The notes beneath the pieces were generated by a model. That model was not told where the DNA came from. It saw only the letters and a program-made list of their open reading frames with translations, and searched no databases. Positions 26,581 through 40,334 of a stretch of DNA of 64,000 nucleotides are shown here, one piece after another. The stretch is from the human T2T-CHM13v2.0 reference genome, Homo sapiens. A program made the position numbers and the translations under genes. The stretch lies in NCBI RefSeq assembly GCF_009914755.1, contig NC_060934.1; one strand, given 5' to 3'. Every line of letters starts with the position of its first letter. Positions within the stretch are counted from its first letter, which is position 1.

Positions 26581-26703
26581 GCTAATGTTCAGTTTTATTC
26601 TTTAAAAAAAAAAGAAAAAGAATATTCAGTTAAAAATCTCATTTGTTTGAAGACTGAATTAATTATGTGTTCATGATTTTTTCACTTTCTGTCTCTAGAT
26701 TCC

Positions 26704-26752
26704 ATATATATACACATATATATACATATATATTTATACATATATATATATA
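26704..26752. repeat. Imperfect (TA)n microsatellite
   Basis: Directly visible. Confidence 0.9.
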
Positions 26753-27488
26753 TTATCCTTCAATTGTATTCTTGATTATACAAGTAAATAATAATGGTAA
26801 TTTATGGGGGGGAGAAAAACATAAGGAAGGATTTTCTGAGATGTCTATTTTTCTCAGAAAATTCAAGCTATCTCTTTTATAGATTCATCTGTAAGCTCAA
26901 ATTTTAAGAGGAATCATTAGATCCAGATAACAGTCAGAAAGTACAAGCTGAGGTTCTAAAGAGTTGGTTCCTTTAAATAGTCATCATCCTCAGCAGGAGA
27001 TAATGTTTTGAAAGAGTTATAATATTTATTTTTCCAGGAAAAGAAATGCACATCTGTGTTTTTGTACCAGGAGGCTGAGAGAATGAAATGTAACAGGGAC
27101 AGTGTGAGCAGCTAGAAAAGTATTTATCGATCAAGTTCCTGTGATACAAAGTGCCAAGGAAGTTTTTTCAGCTTTCACATTTACATTTCATTTTCTAATT
27201 TGAATGGATTAGATGATACTCCTCTCATACTATTCATAAGGGTAATTTGAACTATTTCAAAGCAATAAAATGGAAAATTAGTTGGGAAAAAGGTCATTCT
27301 AATATAGTAACGTAAAATGCTCAATGATGAACTATCAAATAAATAGCTATTTGATTATAAGAGTGCTTTAGGGAAATAAAGAAGCAAAAGAGAGAAGGGA
27401 AATTTAAAAAGCATTAAATACTGAAGTTAGAGCATGATATAAATAATAATGTCTAAGCACATAGTATTTACTGTGTGCCAGATATTGG

Positions 27489-27492
<4 letters not shown>

Positions 27493-27520
<28 letters not shown>
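27493..27520. repeat. (TG)14 microsatellite inside a MIR relic
   Basis: Directly visible. Confidence 0.95.
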
Positions 27521-27526
<6 letters not shown>

Positions 27527-27978
27527 CTCATTTAATAATGGCAAAAATCCTAAGAGGTAGTTGATATTTCTATCAGTGCCATATAACAATGAGGAAATTG
27601 AGGTTTAGAGAGATAAATAAGAGTCTTTAAAGATCACACATTGAGTGGCAGAACCAAATCCAAGCTTTAATCACTGTACTATGTTGTACACTTAAAGACG
27701 AGGCATATTGTAGAAAGATTTCTCAAAATTGTGCTAAAAATTGTTTTGGCTTACTTACCAAAGTTTTATTTTATAAGGAACGAAAGTGGGTGAAGGGACC
27801 CAAATTGACTATTGTAACTTTTCTCACAGGACCAAACACTGTGCCAGGATTCCATACGCAGATATACTCAATGGAAGGCTAAGACTTTCCTGAGACCACA
27901 TTCTCTATAAATATAGATGGAAATATATTCATCAATATAGAGGGAAATATATCCATCTATATTTATAGAGAATGTGGC

Positions 27979-27983
<5 letters not shown>

Positions 27984-28023
<40 letters not shown>

Positions 28024-28070
28024 CATATATACACAATGTGGTATGTGTATATAAACATACATATATATAT
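27984..28070. repeat. (TG)18 microsatellite with TA-rich extension
   Basis: Directly visible. Confidence 0.95.
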
Positions 28071-28363
28071 TCGGCAAGTATTTTGTACAATCATAGCTTC
28101 TTCGAGTTTATAGATAAACATTTCAGGAAATTGAGAGAGACATCTATGTTGATAGAAACCAAACCAGTAAAACACAGGTAAATGGATGAGAGGTGACTGC
28201 AAAACACAGAGAATAGGATGAAAGCTAATCAAAATGACAAACGCTAATCAATGTAGGCAGAAAGGGCAAAAAGATAATTCTCATGAATACTTACAAAGTA
28301 TATTCTGACCTTGGAAGTCTTAGGTTGGTGTTTATCAATGATGAGGCCAAAAGTTTGTACCTG

Positions 28364-28825
28364 TGTAACCCAGTTTCTCTGAGTTTTGGGTGCGCACTGT
28401 GAAAAATTACCTACTTGTTAACTGTTGTACCTGGAGCTCCTGCTTCAAAAAAAGTTCAGCCTCAGAAATACCAAAACTGCTTGGATCCAGAGATACCTGA
28501 GATGATGAATTTTGGTGAACTCCCCTCACTACTGTACTAAAATCTCTGCACAGGGAGGACCTTATTCTCCATTTTCTACATAAGTGACGTATGTTGAAGC
28601 ATGATTGGTGACTGTGCCAGCACGGCCTTTACTCCAACCTCAGCTAACCAACCCAGTAAAAGCCCTGTTTCCACCATTGTTCAAGGAGGGACTACTTTGG
28701 GAACTATCCCTGGTGTCCTCTTCGTTTGTTGCAAGTAATAAAATATCCTTGTTAAATCCTCCTTGATTGTGGTCATTGGACTGTTACCTGACAAGCAACT
28801 GAACCCACCCGTTGTGTGGGTAACA
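28364..28825 (+). mobile_element. ERV1-class solo LTR with intact 4-bp TSD
   Basis: cctg|TGtaaccc...aataaa...gggtaaCA|cctg; subfamily not determined. Confidence 0.85.
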
Positions 28826-29747
28826 CCTGTACTTGGAAAACTAATGTCTAACTAAATTGAGTAATTAGACCAGTGTCTATTAGCTCAAAACTATTTTCCC
28901 TCACTATGAGTGAGATCTCTGGGTCTATTTTCCAAAATAAAAATTTTTAAAATACAAAATTCAGAGTTAAAAAGTTATCTTCCCCAGGCCTGTTTCTTCC
29001 TCAGAAAGTTGAATTAGAAAAAAAGCTTGAGTTTTTATATCATCTGATAAGCTTTCTCGCATTTTTTAATAAGAGCTATATAACTTCTTTAATCCACTTT
29101 GACTCGGGCTATCAATAAACTCATTTTCAGGAGTTTCCCTTAGTCTAGGTTTTCTATTAGTGTGATCTCACCACTCTTGCTTGCTTGGTTCTAGCCTCAG
29201 TATGCTTAATTTAGTTATTTTATTGTATTTGGAGTTCTCATGATAAGCCACTGCAACTTCTCTTTTGAAGTATATTAAATATAATATGTTTATGAAATGA
29301 AGCGCTTAAACTGAGGATAAAAAAGGCAGGTCTCATCGGCAAAAATGTAAGAGAATAGACCTAGAGATTTTATTGGACAGTAAGTTCAATGTGGTTAAGC
29401 AGTGTGCTGTGACTGCTAAGAAGTCAACTCCATTTTACTCAAGCTGCATCCAAAGATGTATATTACCTACAATAAAGAAGGATATGTCCCTGGCAAAGTA
29501 GTTAGACCAGAGCATACCATTTAGCAAGTATGTCTTGTAAATTTAATTGGACAATTTTGTTTAGACCACACATGGAATATTGTGTTCAGTGAGCAAAAGC
29601 ACACTGCTAAAAAGATATATCTGACCATACTCAGTGTTGGCAAGTAGGTAAAGCACCTGAGACTCTGATACACTGCTGGTGTAGATACAAAATGGTATAT
29701 CTGTACCTTCGGGAGTGGTTTGGCAGTTACTCAAAAAGTTAAACATA

Positions 29748-30040
29748 CAGTAGTTCCCCTTATCTGAGGTTTTACTTTCCAAAGATTCAGTTACTCAAGG
29801 TCAACAGTATTCTGAAAATCTCAAGTGAAAAATGAACAATTCATAAGTTTTAAATTGTGTGATGATATCTCGTGCCATTCTGGTCTGTCCCACTCAGGAC
29901 ATGAGTCATTCCTTTGCCCAGCATTTCCACACTGTATATGCTACCAATCCAATAGTTACTTAGCAGCCATTTTGATTATCAGATCCATTATCACAGTGTC
30001 TCAGTGCTTGTGTTCCAATAATCCTTATTTTACTTAATGG
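29748..30040. mobile_element. MER44/Tigger7-type DNA transposon fragment
   Basis: TA|cagtagttccccttatctgaggtttt terminus. Confidence 0.7.
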
Positions 30041-30419
30041 CCATCAAAATTTGGAATGACTTATTCGCTTACTGGTCATTTAAAATTATGAAAAAATCCA
30101 ATGATAAATATAATCAAAACTTTAAAATGAATCTTCAAGTGTATATTTAAATTAGTAGAAGATGTTGCTTTATTGAAACCAAATTATTTCTTGCAGCATG
30201 AATGTTATACCTTGGGCTGTTACAGCAGATGGTTGTCAGCATTGGTTACCTCCACGACTATGTATTATATGAAGACTCTCAGTGTCGTTATCATTTTCTT
30301 GTTGGAACTTGCATAACCCTTCTTTCTTAAAGCTTGCTGACATCATTTGGAAATTCTCAAACACTTGTTCTCTATATGAACTTTAAAATTGTTGTATTAT
30401 GTGGTATGTGTGATTGTGT

Positions 30420-31440
30420 TTAAACAAAAGCAGGCAATTTGACTGGAATTATTAAATACATACATCTATCTGGCAAGAAATGACATCATTATGATATTAA
30501 GTCTTCTTATCTAGGAACATAGCATTTATTTCCAGTTACTTAATTTTTATTTTATCTATTAAATAATTTTTAAAATATCGGTTTACATCATTTTTACTAA
30601 AAGTATTCCTAGGTATTCTATATTTTTATTGCTAATATGAACGGATTTTTTCCATTACTAACTTTTTACTTTAACGTATTTTTCTTGTATCTGGGATCCT
30701 CACAAAATATTCATTTTTGTTCTTTTAACAGATTTGAATTGTTTAGATTTACCATTGAATCACCTTTAAGTAATGGTGATTAATTCCTTTTTCCAATATT
30801 TGCACAGCTTATTCCATTTACTTAAGTGATTCACTAGAAATGCTGAATGATATAGAATAGTCACGCTGATAGAAAGCATCCTTGATTTGTGTCTTATATT
30901 AAAGGATCAATCTTCAGTATTTCTTAATATTATATGATGGTTTTGATTAGTTAGACGGTCTTTGGCACATTTAGGAAAATGTTTTCTATTCCCATTTAAT
31001 TTATGTTTTTACCTAGAATTGCTGATTTCTTTTTTTTTTTTTTTGAGACAAAGTCTCGCCCTTGTCCTCCAGGCTGGAGTACAATGGCATGATCTCAGCT
31101 CACTGCAACCTCCGCCTCCTGGGTTCAAGAGATTCTCCTGACTCAGCCTCATGAGTAGCTGGGATTACAGGCAACTGTTACCATGCCCGGCTAATTTTTG
31201 TATTTTTAGTAGAGACGGGGTTTCACCATGTTGGCCAGGCTGGTCTCAAACCCCTGACCCCAGGTGATCCACCCGCCTCGGCCTCTCAAAGTGCTGGGAT
31301 TGAATTGCAGATTTTTAGCAAATGTTTTTCATGTCTCTGTTTCTACAATTATAGGATTTTGCTCTAAAATTCTCTTTTAGTATAATGAATAATATTGATA
31401 CATTATTAATTGTGAATTACCTATCCATAGAATATAGCCT
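30420..31440 (-). mobile_element. Old L1ME-like fragment, interrupted by an Alu
   Basis: Antisense ORF2-like text (attcctaggtattctatatttttattgctaatatgaa; gaaagcatccttgatttgtg). Confidence 0.65.
31029..31301 (-). mobile_element. Alu (AluS-type), slightly 5'-truncated
   Basis: TSD gaattgc(t/a)gattt at 31016-31028 and 31302-31314. Confidence 0.95.
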
Positions 31441-33659
31441 ATTTTAAGCAGAGGAGTGAAAGTTATAGTTCCAACATCTAAATATACCAATATAGTATGA
31501 AGATGTTCTGGCTTAGCAGTAGTTCTGGCAAGCACATTAGTTCCCCCACATCCCTAAAGCCACTTCTTTCCCACATTCCCTAGCTTTCTGGAAGATAGCA
31601 CCCTCCAGCCAGCTGGAACACTGAAGTCATCTTAGATCACTCTTTTTCTGTGAACCCCACATCCAATCTGTCCCCACATTCTGCTGATTCCACTTCAGAA
31701 ACATCTCTCAATTTCAGATCTCCCATCCATTGACTTATTTTAGGTTCTCAATATCTCTATCTCTTTGCCCACAGATTTCTTATTGGGTTTGTGGTTTCCC
31801 ATGTTGCTCCCACATCCCCTAAAATAACTCCAACACTTCAGCTAGAAACTGAGTATAATATTTTGTTACTTAAAATCCTTCAATGTTTTCTCATAAGTAA
31901 GATCTGTGTAACCAATGAATGCTGTAGTAACAGCAAGTATGTTAGCATGCCCTCCACATTCATGGTGGTCTTCAATGCCCCTCTGTCATTGCCCATGACC
32001 TCCATCCCATAGCTAATCAGCCTCCTGCCTATGTGTTTCTCCCCACAAGCCTCTTCACTAGAACTTGTGTCCTTCTTTCCAAGAAATCTCTCTTGATTCC
32101 CACTCTCATAGAATGAGTTACTCTTAGACTGTTATATTAGTCATCTTCCTCCCTGTCTTCATTTCATCTCTACATCCTAGGTATTAAGCAGAGTATATTG
32201 TACCATGTGGAGACTCAATTGGGTTTCAGTGTATATAGTGGAACTTTAGATAAACGCAAATTGAAATTATCAATGTAGGTGCTGATTTGCAAGTTAAAAA
32301 CTAAAGGTCAAAGTCAACAGTAAGTTCACAGTATACTGTGCAAGCACTAGTCCATGTAGTATACTTGCACTAAAATCAGGATGTGCATTTTAAAAGAAAC
32401 AGTGAAAAATTAGAATGATTCTAGATAAGGCAACCAGTGTGGTGAGGGCTCTGACAACAAGGGCACATAAGATTTTCAAGATGTTCCAGATCCTGGGAGG
32501 ACTAGCAACACAGCTGCAGGAACTTAGATGTTTAGGTTAGAGAAGAGAAACAAAAGAGAACAATTGTCTTCAACACTTAGAGGCCAGTGGAAGAGAGGAA
32601 AAGAAATAGAATCACAGATCATGGAATGAAGAGCCAATTCTGAATCTACGCAAGAGGAATTTAAGGAATTTTAATCCATATGGCAGAATGCATAGTAATA
32701 AAATCACTATAATTCTTTAGCTTCCCCTAGTGGGTTTCGAAATGGAGTAAAGGTAGTTTGAACGGAAGAGTTCTTAGCTGTATAGAATTAGTCTGGACAT
32801 AGCAGAACATTTAGCGTCTCTGGCTCCCACTCACAAAAATCCAATACTAGTCCTAGGTCATTGGAATAACCAAAAAAGCCCTCACTCATTTACAAACGCT
32901 CTCAGTTGAGAACCACTGAAATTTATACCATGTGCTAGGAATTGTGCATGATCGCTTTAATACATTTTTTAATTCTCTCAATAACCAAGCAAGATAGAAA
33001 CTGTCATTCCCATGTTAAGATGAGGAAATTGAAACTCTGCTACTAGCAGACAGACCTTCTGAATCGGATTGCCTGTTTATATCTCTGATAGCAGAGCACT
33101 TTAAGATTTATCTTAGATTAAGATAACCAAGACTCTGTATTAAGTTTCTGAGATACTATCGGTTTCATTCATGAGTATGTTCAGTGGCCATACTATTCAC
33201 ATTTGAGCTCCTGCTTCCTGAGATGAATTTACCTCTTGTAGCAGCTTTACTTTATTGAGATGATCTAGTTTTATGTCCCAGGTGCTCCTGGTTTTCTTTA
33301 TCTCACTGTAGTCAGCCTTACCATGTACCAACATGGGAAAATTCTCTCCTTACTAAAATAAAACAAGTAGTTTAAGTGGAGAAATGAAGTAACTTGCCAA
33401 GGATAATAAGGCAAATGAAACCGGAGTAAAATCCATGCCAGTACTAAATTCAATAATACATTGAGGATAAAGGGAGTCAGATTGTAGTTCTGTGAAAGGA
33501 AAATATCTATAAATTATATATAAACATATCTTAGAAAGATGTCTTACTTTTGATTGCTAAATAGTGCTCATAGAAATCTGGTATTTTGTTGACACAAATA
33601 CAATTACATGGTATTCTGCTATGACAATAATGCTAAATCCTAATTCATTAAGCAAGAGA

Positions 33660-33915
33660 GAGTGAAAGGCAACATAATACAATGGTTAAATATTTATGAA
33701 CTGGCTTAGGCTGTATAAGTTTGAATTCCAGCTTGACAATTTATTAATTTCACGACTTTCGGTATGTTATTCAACCTTACATACCTCAGTTTCCTCCTTG
33801 TAAAATAGAGTAATTGTAGTATCTACTTCATAAGGTGAGAATTAAATACGTTAGTACATAAAAAGTGCTTAGAATATTTTTGGGAACAGTAAAAATATTA
33901 AGTATTATTATTATT
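33660..33915 (+). mobile_element. MIR SINE
   Basis: tttgaattccagct...cctcagtttcctccttgtaaaatagag...aaagtgcttagaa. Confidence 0.8.
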
Positions 33916-35055
33916 AAGGAGCTTATATTTCCAACTTGCTATCTCAGGAAAGTCCTTTTATTTCTCTGGCTTGCTTTCTTCATCACTAACAATGGTTTGC
34001 ATGAAAAGCCAGTCCAGAAATTCTAGATGTATAACTGCAAATTTATCACAATTTTTTTATCTCCACAATTTTTCACTGGATACATCTCACTGATGTAACA
34101 AAATAAGGATATCAATCATCAGTTGTACATATCCTCTTGAATATTACATAACTTTTGTTTTCTCTCACTATTTTGTTGAAACCCAAGCAGCAGTTATTTT
34201 TGTCTGTTCCTTGAATTAGTAGGTTCTGTTAACACCTTATAATTGTTCATAGTTCAGTTTTGTAGCTGCTCACCCAAAGAACATAAAGTGCAGACTGGCT
34301 ATTACAAATTTTGTTTGCTTAATGAGAAGGGGAAAGGATAAAATGTTTGCAGGTACATCATGTTCAGAGTTTTGGAATATTCAATTTGCTTATCTTCTGA
34401 GAGACTTGCTCATGTAATATCTATGTTTTATGTCTTAATCTAAGACAGCCTTCTCTGCAAAATCCACACTCAAATTGCTGCATTTTATCCTGTCAGCTGC
34501 GTCTTTGGGATCTTGTCTAATAAAACATACAAGTGTCTTTTTCTCCTCCTATTCATTATCACTAAAAGCATTTCAGTGTCTCATTTGGTGAAAACAGGCG
34601 TCTACTCAATTTGTGAAATGATAGGGTATCTATGTTTTAAGTCATGCTTGTCAGCCACCTGATTTTCCACTAGAGTTAGGAAAGTTTAACTCACAATGCT
34701 GCTTTAATAAATCAGCTCAATGAATTATTCCATTCAGCATAAAATAATAGCTTTGCTGTAAAGAAGAAATTCATATGTAATTATTTAATAAATTCAATAA
34801 AATTTTTCTGGAAATTACTGGTCATTCGTTAATTAAAAGTTAATTATGTTTCTATTGTATTCCAAATACTGTACTGGGAATGAATTTTTCTAGAAAATTA
34901 ATAAAACATGGCTCCTGCCCTTGAAGGGATCATAGTCTGATGAGAGAGAGTAAAAGAATTCTAAAATAAAAATCACCTTTTAAAAGATTCTAAGTATAAA
35001 GTCGGAAGGGGCAGAATCAGATTTGCCTTAGAGAAAGACTATTTGGGGGAAGGGC

Positions 35056-35091
35056 GTGTGTGTGTGTGAGTGTGTGTGTGTGTGTGTGTGT
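35056..35091. repeat. Interrupted (GT)n microsatellite
   Basis: Directly visible. Confidence 0.9.
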
Positions 35092-35679
35092 TTGAAAGGA
35101 GACAGAGACAGAGAAATGTGAAATGTAGAGGCAAAAAACTCACACAAGAAGCTCTCATGTGAAATGAAGGAAGCCTAAATTACGGCAGTGACATTGGAGA
35201 CAAAGATGTGTAGTATAGATTGTAGAGCTGCTAGAAAATATATTCAATAAGACTGAAGACAAATTAGATGGGGAAAATTCTCAAGGATGACTTATAAGGT
35301 TGCTAAACCAAGAGACTGAGTGGATGATGGTGCCATTGAGGCAACTGGATATACGGGGCAAAAGCTCAGGAAAGGTATTGGGGCCCGGTATAGAAACGTC
35401 AGAGGCAGTAATAATTTAGGGAAAGTGAAAGCCTCTGGGGTGGGTGACATTATTCCCAGAAGAATGTTTAAAGTAAAGGAGGAAAGAAAAAAAAAAAAAA
35501 AGAAACATCAATTTTTGAGAAATTTGCAAGACAGAGGAAACTAGAGACTGAGAATGAAAGAATGAAAAGTTAATAAGAACCAGAAATTTCCTTTAGCATT
35601 TCATTTAGGGGTCAAGCCTATGATGAAGAATTTATATAAATATCATTCATTTAACAATATTTTAAAATGCAAAAAGACG

Positions 35680-36004
<325 letters not shown>

Positions 36005-36058
36005 GCTTAAAGACAAATGAAAATCTGAAGCAAATATTTGAACTTTTGTAACATATAA

Positions 36059-36325
<267 letters not shown>

Positions 36326-38326
36326 TGAAATGATGAAAATCTTTAAAATGGTAGAATAAGAACCTCCAAGAATCTTCTCATAAAACACAGCAAAATCGTC
36401 ATAATTAACTTTTTCAAAACTCTAGAAATTAATCAAAGACTTGCATCAAAATCTGGGGAGTGTGTGTTCTAGAAAAACGGTTGAATTTCAGTAAGAACAG
36501 CAAATTTTATGGTATATGAACTTTTCCTATTCCCATCCCCTCCCTTCATCCCCAGTTCTGTGGCGGCCTTGAAAACAAACAATTCACTTCGCTGGTGAGA
36601 ATCAGTAGCCTGGCAGCCACCAAAGGGGAAGGATGGGGCTAAAGTTCCCTCAAAGCCCCATTCCTCAAGAACTATTATTGTTTGACTTGTCTGGTGGTTC
36701 TTGGGAAGACTTATCTTTCATATTCTCTTTATTTGACATGATTTGAAATATTCGAATCTTTCATATTCAAATATTCTCCTTATTTGACATGATTTGAAAT
36801 GTCAGCCCACGTGAACAGTGTCTTCCCCTAGGTATACCATCTTTGTTGATTGAGGTGGTAAATAAGTTAGGGCAAAAAAAAGGCAATCCAAAAAGCTTGT
36901 AAATAAAAGTTTGGAAATAATATATTTAAACTGCTAAAATTAATTTAAAAACTGCCACATAATCGAAACGTGGCAAAACTATCCTTCAAAAAATGAAGCA
37001 GAAATGACATTCTCAGGAAAAGAAAAAGTGAGACAATTGGTTGCTAGCCCTACAGCAAATACCAAGGGGCAATTTCCAGGCTGAAATAAAAGGACATAAG
37101 ACAGTAACTTGAATTCAGATGAAGAAATAAAGAGCACCAGTAAAAGTTAACTACATAAGTAAATATAATACACAGTATAGCTATATTTTTGTTTGTAACT
37201 AATTTTCTTTGTGTTTTAAAACAAGTACATAAAGTGATAACTACCAATTCGTGTTGACGGGCATGCACAAAGGACTGGGGGAAAATGAATCTATAGAGGA
37301 GCAAAGTTTTGTGCTCTACTATAATTAAGTTGCTATTAATTTGAATTAAATTTCCATAATTTAATGTGTTAATTGTAATTTCCAAGGCAACCACTATAAA
37401 CATAACTCTGAAAATATAGTAAAAGAAAATTATAACAGTACACTAGAAAATACATATTTAATACAAAAAAGCAAAGTAAAACGGAGGAATGGAGGAGCAC
37501 AAAATATGTAAGACATAGAAAACAAATATCAAATTGGTAGACGTATATTCTGCCTTATCAGTATTCACATGAAATGTAAATGGGTTAAACACTCCAATTA
37601 AAAGGCAAAAATCGACTAATGGATTTTTAAAAATAATACAACATGCTGTTTATAAAAGAGACATATACATTCAAAGATACCAATAGAATGAAAGTAAAAG
37701 GATAGAAAAAGAAATACCATGCAAACAGAGCCCCAGAACACATGAGGAAAAACTGACAGTATTGAAAGAACAAATAGAAATTTCAACAATACCAGTTGGA
37801 GGCTTTAATACCTCATGTCTAATAAATAATAGAACAACTAAACAGAAGAGAAACAAGGAAATAGAAGACTTGAACAACACTATAAGCCAACTACACCTAA
37901 TAGATATTTATAGAACACTCCATCTAAAAATTGCAGATTGTACATTCTTCCCAAATTCACATGAAACATTCTCCAGAATAAACCATATGTTAGGCAGTGA
38001 AAAAGCCTCAATTAACTTAAAAGGATTTAAATAATATAAAGTACGTCCTCCATCTATGATGGAATTAAATTAGAAATCAATAACAGAAGAAACATTGGGA
38101 AATTCACAAATATGTGGAAATTTAAAACAATCGTAAATTGCCAGTTGGACAAGAATAAATATCAAGAGACATTAGAAAATATTTTGAGATATATTAAAGC
38201 AAAAATACAACATACCAGAATTTATGGGATGCACCTAAAGCAGTTCTTAAAGGGACAGCCGTAACTGTAAATGCTTATGTTAGAAAACAAATGAGATCTC
38301 ATATCAATAACAGAAGATTTTATCTT

Positions 38327-38457
38327 AGGGTACAGTGTATACTGCTCAGGTGATGGATGTACCAAAATCTCAGAAATCACCACGAAAGAACTTATTCATG
38401 TAACCAAACACCACCTGTTTCCCAAAAATCTACTGAAATAAAATAAAACAAAAAACA
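38327..38457 (+). mobile_element. Short L1PB-type 3' end nested in the older L1
   Basis: gggtacagtgtatactgctcaggtgatgg...cagaaatcaccacgaaagaacttattcatgtaaccaaacaccacctg plus A-rich tail. Confidence 0.8.
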
Positions 38458-40039
38458 CATCCAAATTTTTTAAAAAAGAAGTTAGCAAAAGAAGAGCAAA
38501 CTAAACCCAAATCAAGAAAATAATAATAATTAAACTAGAAATAAATGATAAAAGAGGATAAAAAACCTACAGATAAAAGTCAACAAAACCAAAAATTAGT
38601 CCTTTGAAAAGATAACAAAATTGACAAATTTCTAGTTAGACTGGCCAACAACAAAAAAGAGAGAATTCTCAAATTACCAAAATCAGGAATGAAAGCATGG
38701 ACATTACTATTGACTTAACAGAAAATGTTTAAATATTATAAGGAATAGTATGAACAACTACATGCCAACAAATTAGGTAACCTATACGAAACAGACAATT
38801 CCTAGAAACTAGCTACACTCAGGGAGCAACAGGCAAATGAATAAAGCTATAACAAGTGAAGAGACTGAATTAATAAATAATTACTGACAAAGAAAATCTC
38901 AGGATCAGATAAATTTACTGCTCAATTCTGCCAAATATTCAAAAAATTAATACTAATTCTTCACAAAAGAATTCCAAAAAAGAAAAGAGGACAAAAAACT
39001 TCCAACTTATTTCTTGAGGCCAGCATTACATTGACACTAAAACTAAAGACACCATGAAAAAAGAAAACTACAGATAAACATCCTTTAAAATATAAGTACA
39101 AAAACCATCAACAAAATATTAGCAAACTGTTTCCAGAAACACACAAAAAGCTTATACTATGACCAAGTGGGATTTCATTCCAGGAAGGCAAGACCGTTTC
39201 AACATATGAAACTCAATCGATCCCATAAACTATATGAATAGAATAATGAACCAAAACCACATGATCATCATAATAGGCACAGAAAATAATCCAACGCTCT
39301 TTTATTATTAACCAAAAAAAAAAAAAGCAGTCTAGGAATAGAAGACTACTTTCTCAATCTGATAAATGGTATCTACAAAAACCTCACAACTGAGAACATA
39401 CTTAATGGTGAACACTGAAAGTCTTTCCCTAAGATCAGGAACCTGACAAGAATGTCTACTCTCATCACTTTGACTTAACATTGTGCTGGAATTCTAACTG
39501 GGGTAATTAGACAAGAAAAATAAATAAAAGTAGTCTTTGGAAAATAACTGAAGTTATCTTTACTTTAAAATGAAATAATTTTGCATATAGGAAATCCTAA
39601 GGAATACAGACAAACTATTTATGATAATAAATTCTGCAAGGTTGCAGGATGTAAGATCAATATGTGAAAATCATCTCTATATCTATACACTTGAACAGTC
39701 TGAATATGAAATTAAAATTCCACGTACAATGGCATAAAAAGTAAAATAGAAACAAATTTAACAAAGGAAGTTCAAGACTTGCATACTGCCTACAAAACAT
39801 CACTGAAATAACCTGAAGAAGTTTTAAATAAATGGAAAGACATTCTGGGGAATGGATTGGAAGAATTAATATTCTCATGATGTCAACAATATCCAAATTG
39901 GTCACAAATTTAATGCAGTCCCTTTCAAAATTCCAGCTGTGTTTTGTGGGTTTTTTTCAGAAATTGGCAAGTTGATCATAATATTCATATGGAAAAGCAA
40001 GGGACTCGGAATACTCAAGACAATCATAGAAAAAAGTTA

Positions 40040-40334
40040 GGCTCACCATCGTAATCCCAGCACTTTGGGAGGCCAAGGTAGGCGGATCACTTGAGGCCAG
40101 GAGTTTGAGACCAGCCTGGCCAACATGGCGAAACCCCATCTCTACTAAAAACACAAAAATTAGCAGGGCATGGTAGTGCGTGCCTGTAATCCCAGCTACT
40201 CAGGAGGCTGAGGCATGAGACTCTCTTGAGCCACGGAGGCAGAGGTTGCAATGAGCTGAGATCGCACCATCGCACTCCAGAGCCTGGGCAACAGAGGGAA
40301 ACTCTTGTCTTAAAAAAAAAAAAAAAAAAAAAAA
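40040..40334 (+). mobile_element. Alu (AluS/J-type) nested in L1
   Basis: gtaatcccagcactttgggaggcc... with a long poly-A tail. Confidence 0.95.

Noticed and set aside
37762-38034. ORFs resembling endonuclease/reverse transcriptase
   Set aside because: Fragments of decayed L1 ORF2 with stops and frameshifts; not an active element
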